DNA from: Clostridia bacterium
Lineage (GTDB): Bacteria; Bacillota; Clostridia; CAKSNL01; HGM11501
Assembly: GCA_045545475.1 (NCBI GenBank)
Contig: JAZQAZ010000047.1
Coordinates: 32,001 to 96,000 of the forward strand
Reading direction: 5' to 3'
DNA: 64,000 nt
Of the stretch, positions 1 through 13,656 are shown in pieces. The position numbers and the translations under genes were made by a program. Each line of letters begins with the position of its first letter. Position 1 is the stretch's first letter. The notes beneath the pieces were generated by a model. It saw only the letters and a list, made by a program, of their open reading frames with translations. It was not told the origin of the DNA and did not search any database.

Positions 1-1135
1 GAGGTAAAACTGCTGCCTTGATGGGAGCAAGAGCGGGGTGGAAGTGAAGAACTGTTCTTACGTCACCCTCTGCAATTTCTTCTTCATCATAAGCTTCAAC
101 CAAGAAGGCAAGAACAACACGGTCTGCACCCAAGGAAGGCTCAACAACGTAAGGAGTGTATTTTTCGTTTGTTATGGGATCCATGTAAGTAAGCTCTTCG
201 CCTGAGTGATTGGTGTGCTGAGTTAAGTCGAAGTCTGTTCTGTCAGCAATACCCCAAAGTTCGCCCCAACCGAAGGGGAACATAAACTCGATGTCTGTTG
301 TAGCTTTGGAATAGTGAGAAAGTTCTTCAGGGCTGTGATCACGGAACTTTAAGCTCTCTTCGCGAACGCCGAGGGAGTAAAGCCAGTTCTTGCAGTAATC
401 TTTCCAGTACATAAACCAGTCAAGGTCTGTTCCGGGAGCACAGAAGAACTCAAGTTCCATCTGCTCAAACTCTCTGGTACGGAAAGTAAAGTTACCGGGA
501 GTGATTTCGTTACGGAAGGACTTACCTATCTGTGCGATACCGAAGGGAACCTTACGTCTTGTGGTTCTCTGTACGTTCTTGAAGTTTACGAAAATACCCT
601 GAGCAGTTTCGGGACGAAGGTAAATTTCGTTCTTTGCATCTTCTGTTACACCCTGGAAGGTCTTGAACATAAGATTGAACTTACGGATATCTGTGAAATT
701 GTGAGCTCCGCAGTCGGGGCAGGCAATGTTGTTTTCGCGGATGAATTCAAGCATTTTTTCGTTGCTCCAACCGTCAACTACTATTGATTCGCCCTTTTCG
801 TGGCAGAAGTCTTCAATTAACTTATCTGCTCTGAAACGGGATTTGCATTCCTTACAGTCCATGAGGGGGTCGGAGAAACCGCCAACGTGACCGGATGCAA
901 CCCAAACCTGGGGATTCATAAGTATTGCGGCGTCAAGTCCCACATTGTACTTTGACTCCTGCACGAATTTTTTCCACCATGCTCTTTTAACGTTGTTCTT
1001 AAGCTCAACTCCTAAAGGACCGTAATCCCAGGTGTTTGAAAGACCGCCGTATATTTCGGAACCGGAATATACAAATCCTCTGCCCTTACAGAGAGCAACA
1101 ACCTTTTCCATGGTTTTCTGTTCATTTTTCATCAT
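1..1135 (-). CDS. glyQS: Glycine--tRNA ligase (alpha2 type), 3' end truncated by window edge
   Basis: Hand translation of the minus strand gives [54 protein letters not shown]...[10 protein letters not shown]...[33 protein letters not shown] lies upstream. Absent from the ORF track because it has no stop in the window. Confidence 0.96.
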   Translation of the reverse strand, partial: MMKNEQKTMEKVVALCKGRGFVYSGSEIYGGLSNTWDYGPLGVELKNNVKRAWWKKFVQESKYNVGLDAAILMNPQVWVASGHVGGFSDPLMDCKECKSRFRADKLIEDFCHEKGESIVVDGWSNEKMLEFIRENNIACPDCGAHNFTDIRKFNLMFKTFQGVTEDAKNEIYLRPETAQGIFVNFKNVQRTTRRKVPFGIAQIGKSFRNEITPGNFTFRTREFEQMELEFFCAPGTDLDWFMYWKDYCKNWLYSLGVREESLKFRDHSPEELSHYSKATTDIEFMFPFGWGELWGIADRTDFDLTQHTNHSGEELTYMDPITNEKYTPYVVEPSLGADRVVLAFLVEAYDEEEIAEGDVRTVLHFHPALAPIKAAVLP

Positions 1136-1252
1136 AATAAAAACATTCCTTTCACTTTTGCCGCCGGATTGCGGCAATCGCATATTCTTTTGGTATGTAA
1201 ATTACCAATAACATTATTTTAACAAAATAAGAAGATTTGTCAAGTAATAACC

Positions 1253-1281
1253 TTGATTTTTATAAATTTGTGTGATATAAT
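1253..1281 (+). promoter_or_regulatory. sigmaA-type promoter (TTGATT-17-TATAAT, extended -10 TG) for the 1332-valS unit; a divergent TTGACA promoter for glyQS lies at ~1216-1243 on the minus strand
   Basis: Consensus hexamers with 17-bp spacing (16 bp for the divergent promoter). Confidence 0.6.
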
Positions 1282-1331
1282 ATATCATTATATATAAATA
1301 AATGTAAAATTTTGAAAGCGAGGTATGCAAA

Positions 1332-2066
1332 ATGTCTGTTCGTTCAAGAAGACAGATAGTTTTTTCGTTCTTTATCGTTGCTCTGGTGGTAGCGGTCATT
1401 GCCGGTGCGGCAGGATATGCAACAGGGTACGGGGTTGAGTCAGAAAAAAGAATTAAGCTGATGGAAGAAAATAAATTGCTTACAGAAAAAAATGCGGAAC
1501 TTTCAGCGATAGAAATTGACATGGAAGAAAAAAATGCCCTCGCTGCCGAGAATGAAGAACTGAAAGCGGAAATTGAAGCAATCAAAGCTGAAAAGACAGC
1601 ACTTGAAGAAAAGGTTACGGAGCTTGAAGGAACTCTTTCCGATACACAGGAAACTCTCAGCGAAACGGAATCTGCACTCAGTGATGCTGAAGCGGAAGCT
1701 AGCGAAGGAGAAAATGGGCCTCAGTCGAAATTCATGGATAAGCTTACGAAGTGGTTTATAATAGGAATTGTAGGCGTGCTTGTGATAATGGGAGTGATGA
1801 TGCTTCTTGTTCCCAAAAACAGCAAAAAGTACGACAGTGATGAGGAAGATGAAGATGATGAGGAAACAGGAGAAGAGTCTTCTGATGTTCCTTTGGCAAG
1901 GGGAGATGCAAAGAAGGAAGAGCCTTTTATGCTGAAAGACGAAGAGGATGTTCAGACCGAAATTGTTTTCCCCGAAGAAAATAAACAAGAAGAAAACAAA
2001 GAATATTCCGTTCCGGATTCTTTAGAGGAACTCATGCGTGAAAGCATAAAGAGGAATGAACAATGA
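1332..2066 (+). CDS. Hypothetical membrane protein: N-terminal TM, long acidic coiled coil, second TM, acidic tail
   Basis: 244-aa ORF with RBS GAGGT. Hydrophobic stretches at residues ~10-30 and ~141-160 flank a heptad-like E/K/L-rich region. Confidence 0.8.
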   Translation: MSVRSRRQIVFSFFIVALVVAVIAGAAGYATGYGVESEKRIKLMEENKLLTEKNAELSAIEIDMEEKNALAAENEELKAEIEAIKAEKTALEEKVTELEGTLSDTQETLSETESALSDAEAEASEGENGPQSKFMDKLTKWFIIGIVGVLVIMGVMMLLVPKNSKKYDSDEEDEDDEETGEESSDVPLARGDAKKEEPFMLKDEEDVQTEIVFPEENKQEENKEYSVPDSLEELMRESIKRNEQ

Positions 2067-2239
2067 CAGAAAGAATAATATCAACCGTTCTCTTTTTAAT
2101 AGGCGGTGTCGTCTGCTACGGAGCGGGAAAAATAGCACCCCTTATCTTTAAGGATAAAGTAACGGATGAAAAAATACTTAACGTAAAAATTGCAGGATAT
2201 ATAGTGGTTTTGATTGCACTTTTTATCCTGTTCGTGTAG
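2063..2239 (+). CDS. Small 58-aa protein with two predicted TM helices (not in ORF track)
   Basis: ATGA overlap with the upstream stop and RBS GAGGA. Translates as MTERIISTVLFLIGGVVCYGAGKIAPLIFKDKVTDEKILNVKIAGYIVVLIALFILFV*. It fills the gap to the valS RBS. Confidence 0.75.
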   Translation: MTERIISTVLFLIGGVVCYGAGKIAPLIFKDKVTDEKILNVKIAGYIVVLIALFILFV

Positions 2240-2254
2240 AAAGGACATAAGGAA

Positions 2255-4948
2255 ATGATAGAACTTGAAAAAAATTATAACCCGGCCAAGTCCGAGGAAA
2301 AGCTTTATAAAAGATGGGAGGAAAGAGGCTATTTCCACGCAGAAGCAGACCCCGATAAAAAGCCTTATACAATAGTTATTCCTCCTCCCAACGTAACAGG
2401 TCAGCTTCATATGGGTCACGCTTTTGACGAAACACTTCAGGATATACTTATCCGTTTTAAGAGAATGCAGGGTTACTCTGCACTCTGGGTTCCGGGAACA
2501 GACCATGCAGGTATTGCAACACAGATAAAGGTCGAGGCTGAGCTTCGCACAAAAGAAGGTCTTACAAGATATGATCTCGGAAGAGAAAAATTCCTTGAGA
2601 GAGTATGGGACTGGAAAGAAAAATACGGAAGCCGTATTATAAGCCAGCTTAAGAAAATCGGATGCTCTTGCGACTGGGACAGAGAACGCTTCACAATGGA
2701 TGAAGGTTGCTCCAAAGCAGTAAGAGAGGTTTTTGTAAACCTTTATAATAAGGCACTTATATACAGAGGCCCCAGAATCATCAACTGGTGCCCCAACTGT
2801 ATCACAGCTCTTTCAAACGAAGAAGTTGAACATGCTGAGCATGCAGGAAATTTCTGGCACATAAAGTATCAGATAAAGGGCACGGAAGACTATGTTGTTA
2901 TAGCAACTACAAGACCTGAAACCCTTTTCGGTGATACTGCCGTTGCGGTAAACCCCGAGGATGAAAGATATAAAGACATCGTAGGAAAGACGCTTCTTCT
3001 TCCTCTTACCGACAGAGAAATTCCCGTTATTGCCGATGAATATGTTGACAAGGAGTTCGGAACAGGCTGTGTTAAGATTACACCTGCCCACGACCCCAAC
3101 GACTTTGAAGTAGGAAAACGTCACGACCTTGAAATCATAAAGGTTATGAACGACGATGCCACAATGAACTCATATGCAGGAAAATATGAGGGAATGGACC
3201 GTTATGAATGCCGTAAGGCTATGATAAAAGACCTTACCGATATGGGTCTTCTTGTAAAGACTGAAGAGCATTCTCATAACGTAGGTCAGTGCTACCGCTG
3301 CGGAACAACAATCGAGCCAATCGTATCCGATCAGTGGTTTGTTAAGATGCAGCCCCTTGCAGAAGCAGCTATCAAAGCTGTAGACAGCAAGGAAACAGAA
3401 TTCGTTCCGGACCGTTTTTCAAAGACGTATATGAACTGGATGGAAAACGTATACGACTGGTGTATTTCACGTCAGCTCTGGTGGGGACACAGAATTCCTG
3501 CATTTTATTGTGATTCCTGCGGCGAAATGACAGTATCCAAAGAAGACATCACGGTATGTCCCAAGTGCGGAAAGCCCGTACGCCAGGAGGAGGACGTTCT
3601 TGATACATGGTTTTCTTCTGCACTCTGGCCCTTCTCAACACTTGGCTGGCCCGAAAAGACAAAGGATCTTGATTATTTCTATCCCACAAGCACGCTTGTA
3701 ACAGGCTATGACATTATCTTCTTCTGGGTATCCAGAATGATATTCTCCGCCTGTGAGCATACAGGAAAAGCACCCTTCAAGCACGTATTTATCCACGGCT
3801 TGGTTCGTGACGGTAACGGCGAAAAAATGTCAAAATCAAAAGGAAACGGCGTTGACCCCCTTCAGATTATTGATATGTATGGTGCCGATGCACTCCGATT
3901 CACTCTTGTAACAGGTGTTGCACCCGGTAACGATATGAGATTCCCCGTAACCTATGATCCCCCGGTTGAAAAGGGTAAAAACCCCAATCCTGAGGTAAAC
4001 AAGATTGTAGGAGCTCCCGGAGTTGAGGCAAGCCGTAACTTTGCAAACAAGCTTTGGAACGCAGCACGTTTCGTTCTTATGAATCTCGAAACAGATGACT
4101 ACACACTTCCTGCAGAGGACGAGCTTTGTGCAGAGGATAAATGGATTGTAAGCCGCCTTAACACTCTTATCGGCGAAGTTACAAGAAGTCTTGAAAAGTT
4201 TGACATCGGTATTGCTATTTCTGCAATTTACAGCTTCGTATGGGACTGGTACTGTGACTGGTATATTGAACTTGTAAAGCCGAGACTTTACAATAAGGAT
4301 AATCCCACTAAGCTTGCCGCACAGAGAACCCTTGCTTATGTATTAATTAATGCGTTAAAGCTTTTACATCCTGTTATGCCATTCGTAACAGAAGAAATTT
4401 ACACCGCACTTTACGGTGAGGATGAAAGCATTATGGTATCTAAATGGCCCGAATATTCCGATAAGCTCACCTTCAGCGAAGACTTTGCCGAGACCGAGCT
4501 TGTTATAGGTGCAATTCGTGCTGCAAGAAACCTTCGTACTGAAATGAATGTTCCTCCTTCAAAGAAGGCTAAGCTTATCATAGTTTCAGAAAACGATGTG
4601 CCTTTCAGAAAGGGACAGGCGTTCTTTGAGAAGCTTGCATCTGCCTCTGAGGTTGAGTATTTAAATAACGAAGACGGTATTTCCGGTAACACAGTAAGTC
4701 AGGTAACAGAGGGTGCTAAGATTATCATTCCTCTTGACGAGCTTGTTGACAGAGAAAAGGAACTTGAACGCTTAAACGGCGAAAAAGAAAGACTTCTTTC
4801 CGAAATTGCCCGTGTTGAAAAACTTCTTTCTAATCAGGGCTATATCGCAAAGGCTCCCGCCGCTTTGGTTGAAAAAGAAAGAGCGAAGGGTGAAAGCTTT
4901 AAGAAGATGCTCATAGACGTTGAAGAGAGCATAAAGAAATATCAGTAA
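2255..4948 (+). CDS. valS: Valine--tRNA ligase
   Basis: [13 protein letters not shown] (HIGH), [17 protein letters not shown] and C-terminal coiled-coil arm; 897 aa. Confidence 0.98.
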   Translation: MIELEKNYNPAKSEEKLYKRWEERGYFHAEADPDKKPYTIVIPPPNVTGQLHMGHAFDETLQDILIRFKRMQGYSALWVPGTDHAGIATQIKVEAELRTKEGLTRYDLGREKFLERVWDWKEKYGSRIISQLKKIGCSCDWDRERFTMDEGCSKAVREVFVNLYNKALIYRGPRIINWCPNCITALSNEEVEHAEHAGNFWHIKYQIKGTEDYVVIATTRPETLFGDTAVAVNPEDERYKDIVGKTLLLPLTDREIPVIADEYVDKEFGTGCVKITPAHDPNDFEVGKRHDLEIIKVMNDDATMNSYAGKYEGMDRYECRKAMIKDLTDMGLLVKTEEHSHNVGQCYRCGTTIEPIVSDQWFVKMQPLAEAAIKAVDSKETEFVPDRFSKTYMNWMENVYDWCISRQLWWGHRIPAFYCDSCGEMTVSKEDITVCPKCGKPVRQEEDVLDTWFSSALWPFSTLGWPEKTKDLDYFYPTSTLVTGYDIIFFWVSRMIFSACEHTGKAPFKHVFIHGLVRDGNGEKMSKSKGNGVDPLQIIDMYGADALRFTLVTGVAPGNDMRFPVTYDPPVEKGKNPNPEVNKIVGAPGVEASRNFANKLWNAARFVLMNLETDDYTLPAEDELCAEDKWIVSRLNTLIGEVTRSLEKFDIGIAISAIYSFVWDWYCDWYIELVKPRLYNKDNPTKLAAQRTLAYVLINALKLLHPVMPFVTEEIYTALYGEDESIMVSKWPEYSDKLTFSEDFAETELVIGAIRAARNLRTEMNVPPSKKAKLIIVSENDVPFRKGQAFFEKLASASEVEYLNNEDGISGNTVSQVTEGAKIIIPLDELVDREKELERLNGEKERLLSEIARVEKLLSNQGYIAKAPAALVEKERAKGESFKKMLIDVEESIKKYQ

Positions 4949-4949
4949 T

Positions 4950-4983
4950 AAAAATCGGGCTTTCACAAGAAAGCCCGATTTTT
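4950..4983 (+). terminator. Inverted repeat / intrinsic terminator-like hairpin between valS and folC
   Basis: AAAATCGGGCTTTC-ACAA-GAAAGCCCGATTTT. Confidence 0.65.
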
Positions 4984-4999
4984 GAAAGGATTTGTAATT

Positions 5000-6226
5000 A
5001 TGGATAAAAACGAGGCACTTTCTTTCATTCACGGCACACTTAAATTCGGCTCTGTTTTAGGGCTTTCTTCCATAAAAAATCTTATGGAATACCTTGGTAA
5101 TCCGCAAAAGGGAATGAAATTCATCCATGTTGCAGGCACAAACGGCAAGGGCTCGGTATGCTCCATGCTTTCAGAAATGCTTATAAGTGCAGGATATAAT
5201 ACGGGGCTTTATACATCGCCCGCCCTTGTAAACTTCAACGAAAGAATCCGCCTTAACGGAAAAGAAATTTCGGATTTAGACCTTGCATTTTGCACCGAAA
5301 AGGTAAAAGAAGCCTGCAGAAAAATGGAAGAGGGAGGCATGTCGCATCCAACCGAATTTGAAATAGTAACAGCCATTGCCTTTTTATATTATAAAATGAA
5401 AAAGGCTGACATTGTGGTGCTTGAGGTTGGAATGGGCGGAAGGCTGGATGCCACTAATATCATTGAAAATCCTCTTGTTACGGTAATTACTTCCATAAGT
5501 CTGGACCATACGGATAGATTGGGAAGCACAATTTCTGAAATTGCAGGAGAAAAATGCGGAATAATAAAAAAAGGTGCCGTAACCGTTACAAGTGCTTATC
5601 AGAATCCGGAAGCACTCTCCGTCATAGAAAAAACAGCGGAAAATTTAATCGTTGCAAAAAAACCGCAGCTTAAGAATGAAACCTTATCGGGACTAACATT
5701 TGACTATGCGAATATGGAAAATCTCTTTTTGTCACTTACGGGAATCCATCAGCTTGAGAATGCTTCAATTGCGATAGCTGTTGCAAAGGTGATAGGGCTT
5801 TTTGATGAGGATATAAGAAATGGTCTTAAAAATGTAACTCATCCTGCCAGAATGGAAGTGATAAGGGAAAATCCTCCTGTAATACTTGACGGAGCACATA
5901 ACCCTTCCGCAATGGGGCATCTTAAAGAAAACGTGAGAAAATTCCTTAAAGGCTATAAAAGAAATCTTATCATCGGAATGCTTCGTGACAAAGATTATGA
6001 AGAGTGTGCATCTTTAATAGGAGGCGAATTTGACAGAATAATAACCGTTGACGTGCCGGGAAGCCGTGCACTTCCGAAGGAGGAACTTGCCGAAGTTTTG
6101 AAAAAATACTGCAATGATGTAACGTCCATGCCGTTATCTGAGGCGGTTTCAGAAATAAACGAAAAGGAAGCCTTTGTAATTGCAGGCTCCCTTTACATGG
6201 CAGGGGAATTTAAGAAACTTTTATAA
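5000..6226 (+). CDS. folC: Folylpolyglutamate synthase / dihydrofolate synthase
   Basis: IHVAGTNGKGS, LEVGMGGRLDATN, ISLDH and LDGAHN motifs; conserved position after valS. ATG 5000 preferred over the track's TTG 4982. Confidence 0.95.
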   Translation: MDKNEALSFIHGTLKFGSVLGLSSIKNLMEYLGNPQKGMKFIHVAGTNGKGSVCSMLSEMLISAGYNTGLYTSPALVNFNERIRLNGKEISDLDLAFCTEKVKEACRKMEEGGMSHPTEFEIVTAIAFLYYKMKKADIVVLEVGMGGRLDATNIIENPLVTVITSISLDHTDRLGSTISEIAGEKCGIIKKGAVTVTSAYQNPEALSVIEKTAENLIVAKKPQLKNETLSGLTFDYANMENLFLSLTGIHQLENASIAIAVAKVIGLFDEDIRNGLKNVTHPARMEVIRENPPVILDGAHNPSAMGHLKENVRKFLKGYKRNLIIGMLRDKDYEECASLIGGEFDRIITVDVPGSRALPKEELAEVLKKYCNDVTSMPLSEAVSEINEKEAFVIAGSLYMAGEFKKLL

Positions 6227-7498
6227 TCATTCTATATCATAAAGAGCGTTTATAATTGTGAAAAGGGTAGGAAAGGAATTCATCAGGTTCCATATTCCTA
6301 TGCCTGAAAGTCCTTTTTCCGATACAAGGTCAAGCTTTGCAAGTATGCTTCTTGCGTCTTCAAACCAAACCTCATGGTTTCTGCCTGAAGAATCTGTATA
6401 ATTAAAATATGGGGATGCGGAAGTCTCGTTGAAACGTATGGGAACGCCATAGCGTCTGGCAATATTTATTGCGGCAACGTTTGATATTGCTCTTGCACGG
6501 CTTTCGCCTGACACATAGGGAAGAGTCCAGTCGTAGCCGTAGTTGGGAACTCCCATCCATATTTTGTTTTGCGGAATTTCTGAAAGGGCGTAGTTAACCA
6601 CCTCCCGGACACGGTTTATGGGTGCAACAGCTAAAGGCGGACCGTAGGTATATCCCCATTCATAGGTCATTAAAAAAACCTTATTGGCATTATAGCCGAG
6701 TAAGCGATAGTCATGTCCTTCGTATAAAACTCCCGCCTGATCGGCTCTTGTTTTCGGGGCGACAGCAACGACGGTTATTTTATCAGGATTGAAAATGCCT
6801 GAAAGCTCTCCTAAAAGATTTGCATATGCCGATGCGTTTCTGCCGTATATATATTCAAAGTCCATGTCCACTCCGTCATAGGAGAGGTTTGCTGCCGTGG
6901 CAGAAATTTCTTTCAAAAGAGCATTTTTTGAACTGATGCTGTTCAATATAGCATCGGAAGCTTCCGAGGAAAAACCACCAGACGGAGAGAGGGTGGAAAC
7001 GGAAAGCAGAGTTTTGACTTTGGCACTTTCGGCAGAAGCTATCAAATCGGAGTCATCAATTGAAATTAAACTGCCGTCGCCTGTTGCTTCATAGGTAAAT
7101 GGCGTTAAATAGGTAAGATATGCAAGTGCATAATTTAATGTGTCTTTCGAAATGGAAGGATAGGCATATCCGTTTACGGAAAGGCGGCCTCTTTTTTTAT
7201 CAGTAAAGGATATTACGAGATTTTTTCCCACCGGAAGATATTCTGAACCGATTAAGGAAGGATTGTTTCTGAGTAGCTCCTTTTCCGTGATGCCAAATGA
7301 GCGGCTGACCGAATATAAACTGTCACCTTCCCTTACGGTATACTCTTTTTCCGGAGTCAATATTATAAGGCTTTGTCCTTCGGTAATCATATAAGGCGGC
7401 ATAATGCCGTTTTGCTCTGCTAAAAAAAGATAGTTTATACCGTATGTATTGGCGATTGAGTAAAGGCTTTCGCCCCGGGATACAGTGTGGATAATCAA
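6227..7498 (-). CDS. Spore cortex-lytic LysM-LysM-GH18 protein (YaaH/SleL/YdhD-like)
   Basis: Two LysM repeats (HTVSRGESLYSIA, YTVREGDSLYSVS), GH18 DGVDMDFEY, MTYEWG, VWFED and GIGIW. Likely TTG start at 7498 after AAAGGA. Confidence 0.88.
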   Translation of the reverse strand: MIIHTVSRGESLYSIANTYGINYLFLAEQNGIMPPYMITEGQSLIILTPEKEYTVREGDSLYSVSRSFGITEKELLRNNPSLIGSEYLPVGKNLVISFTDKKRGRLSVNGYAYPSISKDTLNYALAYLTYLTPFTYEATGDGSLISIDDSDLIASAESAKVKTLLSVSTLSPSGGFSSEASDAILNSISSKNALLKEISATAANLSYDGVDMDFEYIYGRNASAYANLLGELSGIFNPDKITVVAVAPKTRADQAGVLYEGHDYRLLGYNANKVFLMTYEWGYTYGPPLAVAPINRVREVVNYALSEIPQNKIWMGVPNYGYDWTLPYVSGESRARAISNVAAINIARRYGVPIRFNETSASPYFNYTDSSGRNHEVWFEDARSILAKLDLVSEKGLSGIGIWNLMNSFPTLFTIINALYDIE

Positions 7499-7571
7499 GC
7501 TGGCACATCCTTTATATAAAATTAGCTTAAAGTCATGGTATAAAACCATTTTATGAGAAAGGGGAATTTAA

Positions 7572-8270
7572 GTGACTGTGTTTTTTGAAAAACCGCTTCT
7601 GCCGGACGCAGATGCTAACATTTACATAACTTCGGCAGATATTGAAAATGCCGTAAAACCCTTTTTTTCTCCTTTGCTTGACGAGGCTATAAGAAAACAT
7701 TCAGATCTTACGATCTGTCATCTTGGCGGAAAAAGATTTGTAACAGCTTTGGGTACGGGTGAATATTATAAAAAGAAGATACCGAATGCCGAAATCATTG
7801 AAGGAATAACTGAAGTCAAAAGTCCTTATCCGCATGATGCGGCATACTGTGCGGCGGTTTTCGGAAAGTTTGCCGTGGCAAACGAAAAAGTTACGGATCC
7901 GTATCTTCTTTCAATATTAAAGGAAGAGTTTACATTTGTAAATGTCTCTCAGGGATATGCTAAATGTAATATATGCCCTATAAGGGAAAACGCGGTAATC
8001 ACCGAAGATGAGGGGATTTATAGGAAACTGTCTGATTATGTGGATGTTCTTTTAATAAAAAAAGGAAATATTTCCCTTCCGCCATATGAATACGGATTTT
8101 TTGGCGGAAGTACCGGCATGATAGGAAAGGATAAGCTTTTTGTTAACGGAAATATAAAAACTCTTGAAGATGCGGATAAAATTTACACTTTTTTAGAAAA
8201 ATACTCTGTAACGGCAATTGAAAGAGAAGGAAAAATTTCAGATATGGGATCAGTAATAGCCATCATGTAG
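7572..8270 (+). CDS. Hypothetical protein, DUF6873-like (amidinotransferase/GME-fold-like)
   Basis: HSD, SPYPHDAAY, QGYAKC, YGFFGGSTG and DMGS motifs resemble this clostridial family. GTG start with RBS GGGG. Confidence 0.6.
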   Translation: MTVFFEKPLLPDADANIYITSADIENAVKPFFSPLLDEAIRKHSDLTICHLGGKRFVTALGTGEYYKKKIPNAEIIEGITEVKSPYPHDAAYCAAVFGKFAVANEKVTDPYLLSILKEEFTFVNVSQGYAKCNICPIRENAVITEDEGIYRKLSDYVDVLLIKKGNISLPPYEYGFFGGSTGMIGKDKLFVNGNIKTLEDADKIYTFLEKYSVTAIEREGKISDMGSVIAIM

Positions 8271-8291
8271 GCTTAAGAAAGGAAGTTTTTC

Positions 8292-8972
8292 TTGGCACTT
8301 AGAATAATCAATCTTCCAAAAGGTGCAAAAAGTGTATTAAAGGATATAATAAAAAGCGACGGAACAGTAAGAAACAAGAGTGAAGCCATTTTTGTACTTT
8401 CGGATTATCTTATTTTATCGGAGGAGCCTTCAGCTGTATATGATATAGCGGAGTTTGTGGCCGGAAATGAGGCAGGAATTTCAGGAAAAATTGCAAAGCG
8501 TGCTTTTTCGATAATGGCAGAGGATAAGGATTTCTCTCTTATCGAAAGAAGAAAGGCAATTATGGAAAGCCTGGCAGAATGTGCAAATGAAACTGAAGAA
8601 CTGAACTTTGAAGGCTTTTTAACTTTCCGTACGGAAAAATACATCCGTCTTTTATACGGGGCGGTGTATAAGGCGGCAGAGGAAGTTTTTTTAGAGCGGG
8701 AATATAAGGAATTGACAGGTCTTTTAAGGGAGTCTGTAAGAGAAACAAGATCTCTTGTCAAAGAAGCACATATCTACGGATGCTTTATTTTTGACGAAAA
8801 CGGAAAAGAAATAACGGCAGAAAAGGGCCTCTATTTAGTAAAGCCTGACAGAATGTTTGAAAGGCTTTTAATTCTTGCCCCTGAAAGAATATATATCCAT
8901 TATCCGCCGGATGCGGAGATGCTTTCGGCGATAGAGGAAGTTTTCGGTCCTAACGTAATTTATATAAACTAA
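8292..8972 (+). CDS. YtxC-like sporulation protein
   Basis: LNFEGFLTFR, EREYKELTGLLR, LLILAPERIYIH and IEEVFG segments are typical of the YtxC family. Confidence 0.7.
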   Translation: MALRIINLPKGAKSVLKDIIKSDGTVRNKSEAIFVLSDYLILSEEPSAVYDIAEFVAGNEAGISGKIAKRAFSIMAEDKDFSLIERRKAIMESLAECANETEELNFEGFLTFRTEKYIRLLYGAVYKAAEEVFLEREYKELTGLLRESVRETRSLVKEAHIYGCFIFDENGKEITAEKGLYLVKPDRMFERLLILAPERIYIHYPPDAEMLSAIEEVFGPNVIYIN

Positions 8973-8987
8973 GGAAAAGGTGAAGTT

Positions 8988-10583
8988 ATGAAAACAGTGC
9001 TTTGTGCCGTAAATTCGGCGTATATCCATAAAAATCTTGCGGTGTTAAAGCTTTCGAAATATATTGGAGATAAGGTCAAAGTCAGGGAATTTAACGTGAA
9101 TTCTCCAAGGGATGTTATATATAATGAACTTTTAACGGAAAAAGCGGAAGTTTATTGCTTTTCCACTTACATATGGAATATTGAATGTATAAAAGCAATA
9201 GCTGAAAGACTTAAAAAGGCAACCGGAGCAGTAATTGTTTTTGGCGGACCCGAAGCAGGAGGAGACGCAGAGGGGCTTATACAAAGTTTCCCTTATATTG
9301 ATTATGTGATAAAGGGTGAGGGCGAGCTTGCCTTAGAACATCTTCTTGCTGTGCTTGAAAAGGGCGAAAAGCCAACTCTTCCCGGAATATATGATAAAAC
9401 CGGTGGAAGCGGAATAGCCCCTGCCTTGGAAGACGTACCTTTTTCATACGATGAAGCTGACATTTCAGTTAATGCAGGAAAGATCTTTTATTATGAAAGT
9501 TCCAGAGGCTGCTTTAACAAGTGTGCATACTGTGTATCGGGAAATGAAGATGTATGCCTTTATGATGAAGAAAAAGTAAAGGCAGAGCTTTCTCACATGG
9601 CATCGTTTAATCTTCCTTTAATAAAGCTTGTGGACAGAAGCTTTAATGCCTACGGAAAAAGAAGTGAAAGAATGCTTCGATTTTTATCGGAGGAAACGGG
9701 AGATACTTGCTTTCATCTGGAGGTTGCCCCTGACCTCTTTAATGAAGAAATGCTTGATATTATAAAAAATGCAAAAAAAGGAAAATTTCAGTTCGAAGCA
9801 GGAATTCAGTCATTAAATGAAGATACTTTATCGGCCATAGGAAGAATATGTAATAATGAAAAAGCACTTTCCAATCTAAAAAAAATAATATCTTACGGGA
9901 ATGTAAATGTTCACACAGATATTATTGCAGGACTTCCTATGGAAGATATGGAAAGCTTTATAAAAACTTTTAACGGTGTTTATGCCCTTAAGGCAAAAAG
10001 GATGGACGTTGGCTTTCTTAAGGTGCTTAAAGGAACTGTTATGGAAGAAATTGCCGAAAATTACGGTATTGTTTATGAAAGCGTACCGCCATATGAGGTA
10101 GTAAAAACGGATGCAATGACAGCGTTTGACTTATCTGAAATAAAAAAAGCACACCTTGCCTTAGATAGGATTTATAACAGCGGAGCTTTCAAAAACACCG
10201 TTTCGTCCCTTGAAAAAAATTACAATTCTTTCTTTGAAATGTATAAAACATTGGGTGGTATAATAGAGGAAGGAATGAGCCTGTCAAAAGTATTTTCAGT
10301 GCTTCTTTATAATTTTCCGCATCTTAAAAAAACGCTCATTATGGACTTTATGCTGTCGGGTGAAAAGAGAGTGCCGCACGGATTTGACAATATTTATATA
10401 GATAAGTTTTCCGAAAAGTGCATTTCGTTTCTGGCGGAAAACTGTGAAAGATACTTTCCCCATCTTTCACACCTTCATCCCGGTGCGGCTTTTAAGAAGC
10501 TTAAGTTTTATGCTTTTGCAGAAGGCATCTTTGTATCGGACAGAGAAGGTCAAAAAGTATTTGATATAACGGGCGAAATGTGA
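8988..10583 (+). CDS. Cobalamin-binding-domain radical SAM protein (DUF4080-associated type)
   Basis: N-terminal NSAYIHKNLA...FSTYIWN...GGPE B12-binding domain; YESSRGCFNKCAYC (CxxxCxxC); DIIAGLP. Confidence 0.88.
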   Translation: MKTVLCAVNSAYIHKNLAVLKLSKYIGDKVKVREFNVNSPRDVIYNELLTEKAEVYCFSTYIWNIECIKAIAERLKKATGAVIVFGGPEAGGDAEGLIQSFPYIDYVIKGEGELALEHLLAVLEKGEKPTLPGIYDKTGGSGIAPALEDVPFSYDEADISVNAGKIFYYESSRGCFNKCAYCVSGNEDVCLYDEEKVKAELSHMASFNLPLIKLVDRSFNAYGKRSERMLRFLSEETGDTCFHLEVAPDLFNEEMLDIIKNAKKGKFQFEAGIQSLNEDTLSAIGRICNNEKALSNLKKIISYGNVNVHTDIIAGLPMEDMESFIKTFNGVYALKAKRMDVGFLKVLKGTVMEEIAENYGIVYESVPPYEVVKTDAMTAFDLSEIKKAHLALDRIYNSGAFKNTVSSLEKNYNSFFEMYKTLGGIIEEGMSLSKVFSVLLYNFPHLKKTLIMDFMLSGEKRVPHGFDNIYIDKFSEKCISFLAENCERYFPHLSHLHPGAAFKKLKFYAFAEGIFVSDREGQKVFDITGEM

Positions 10584-10602
10584 GAAATTTATAAAGCTTA
10601 AT

Positions 10603-10641
10603 AAAAGTGCACGACGGCAAGTTTGCCGTTGGGCACTTTTT
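10603..10641. terminator. Bidirectional terminator between convergent genes
   Basis: AAAAGTGC-ACGACGGCAA-GT-TTGCCGTTGG-GCACTTTT. Confidence 0.7.
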
Positions 10642-10656
10642 AGTTAGATGCATATT

Positions 10657-13548
<2,892 letters not shown>

Positions 13549-13656
13549 TTAATAATAATTTCCTTGAATTTTCCGATATAAATTATAAAAAGTATTAAAT
13601 TTTAGTTGATTTTATCTCGCTTTTAATATAATATAAAATAAAGGGGGCGTTGGATT

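Noticed and set aside
1136-1215. T-box leaders for glyQS (also checked for valS and argS)
   Set aside because: The leaders are too short or coding and lack the T-box consensus. Only a small hairpin (TTGCCGC...GCGGCAA, 1158-1177) is present before glyQS.
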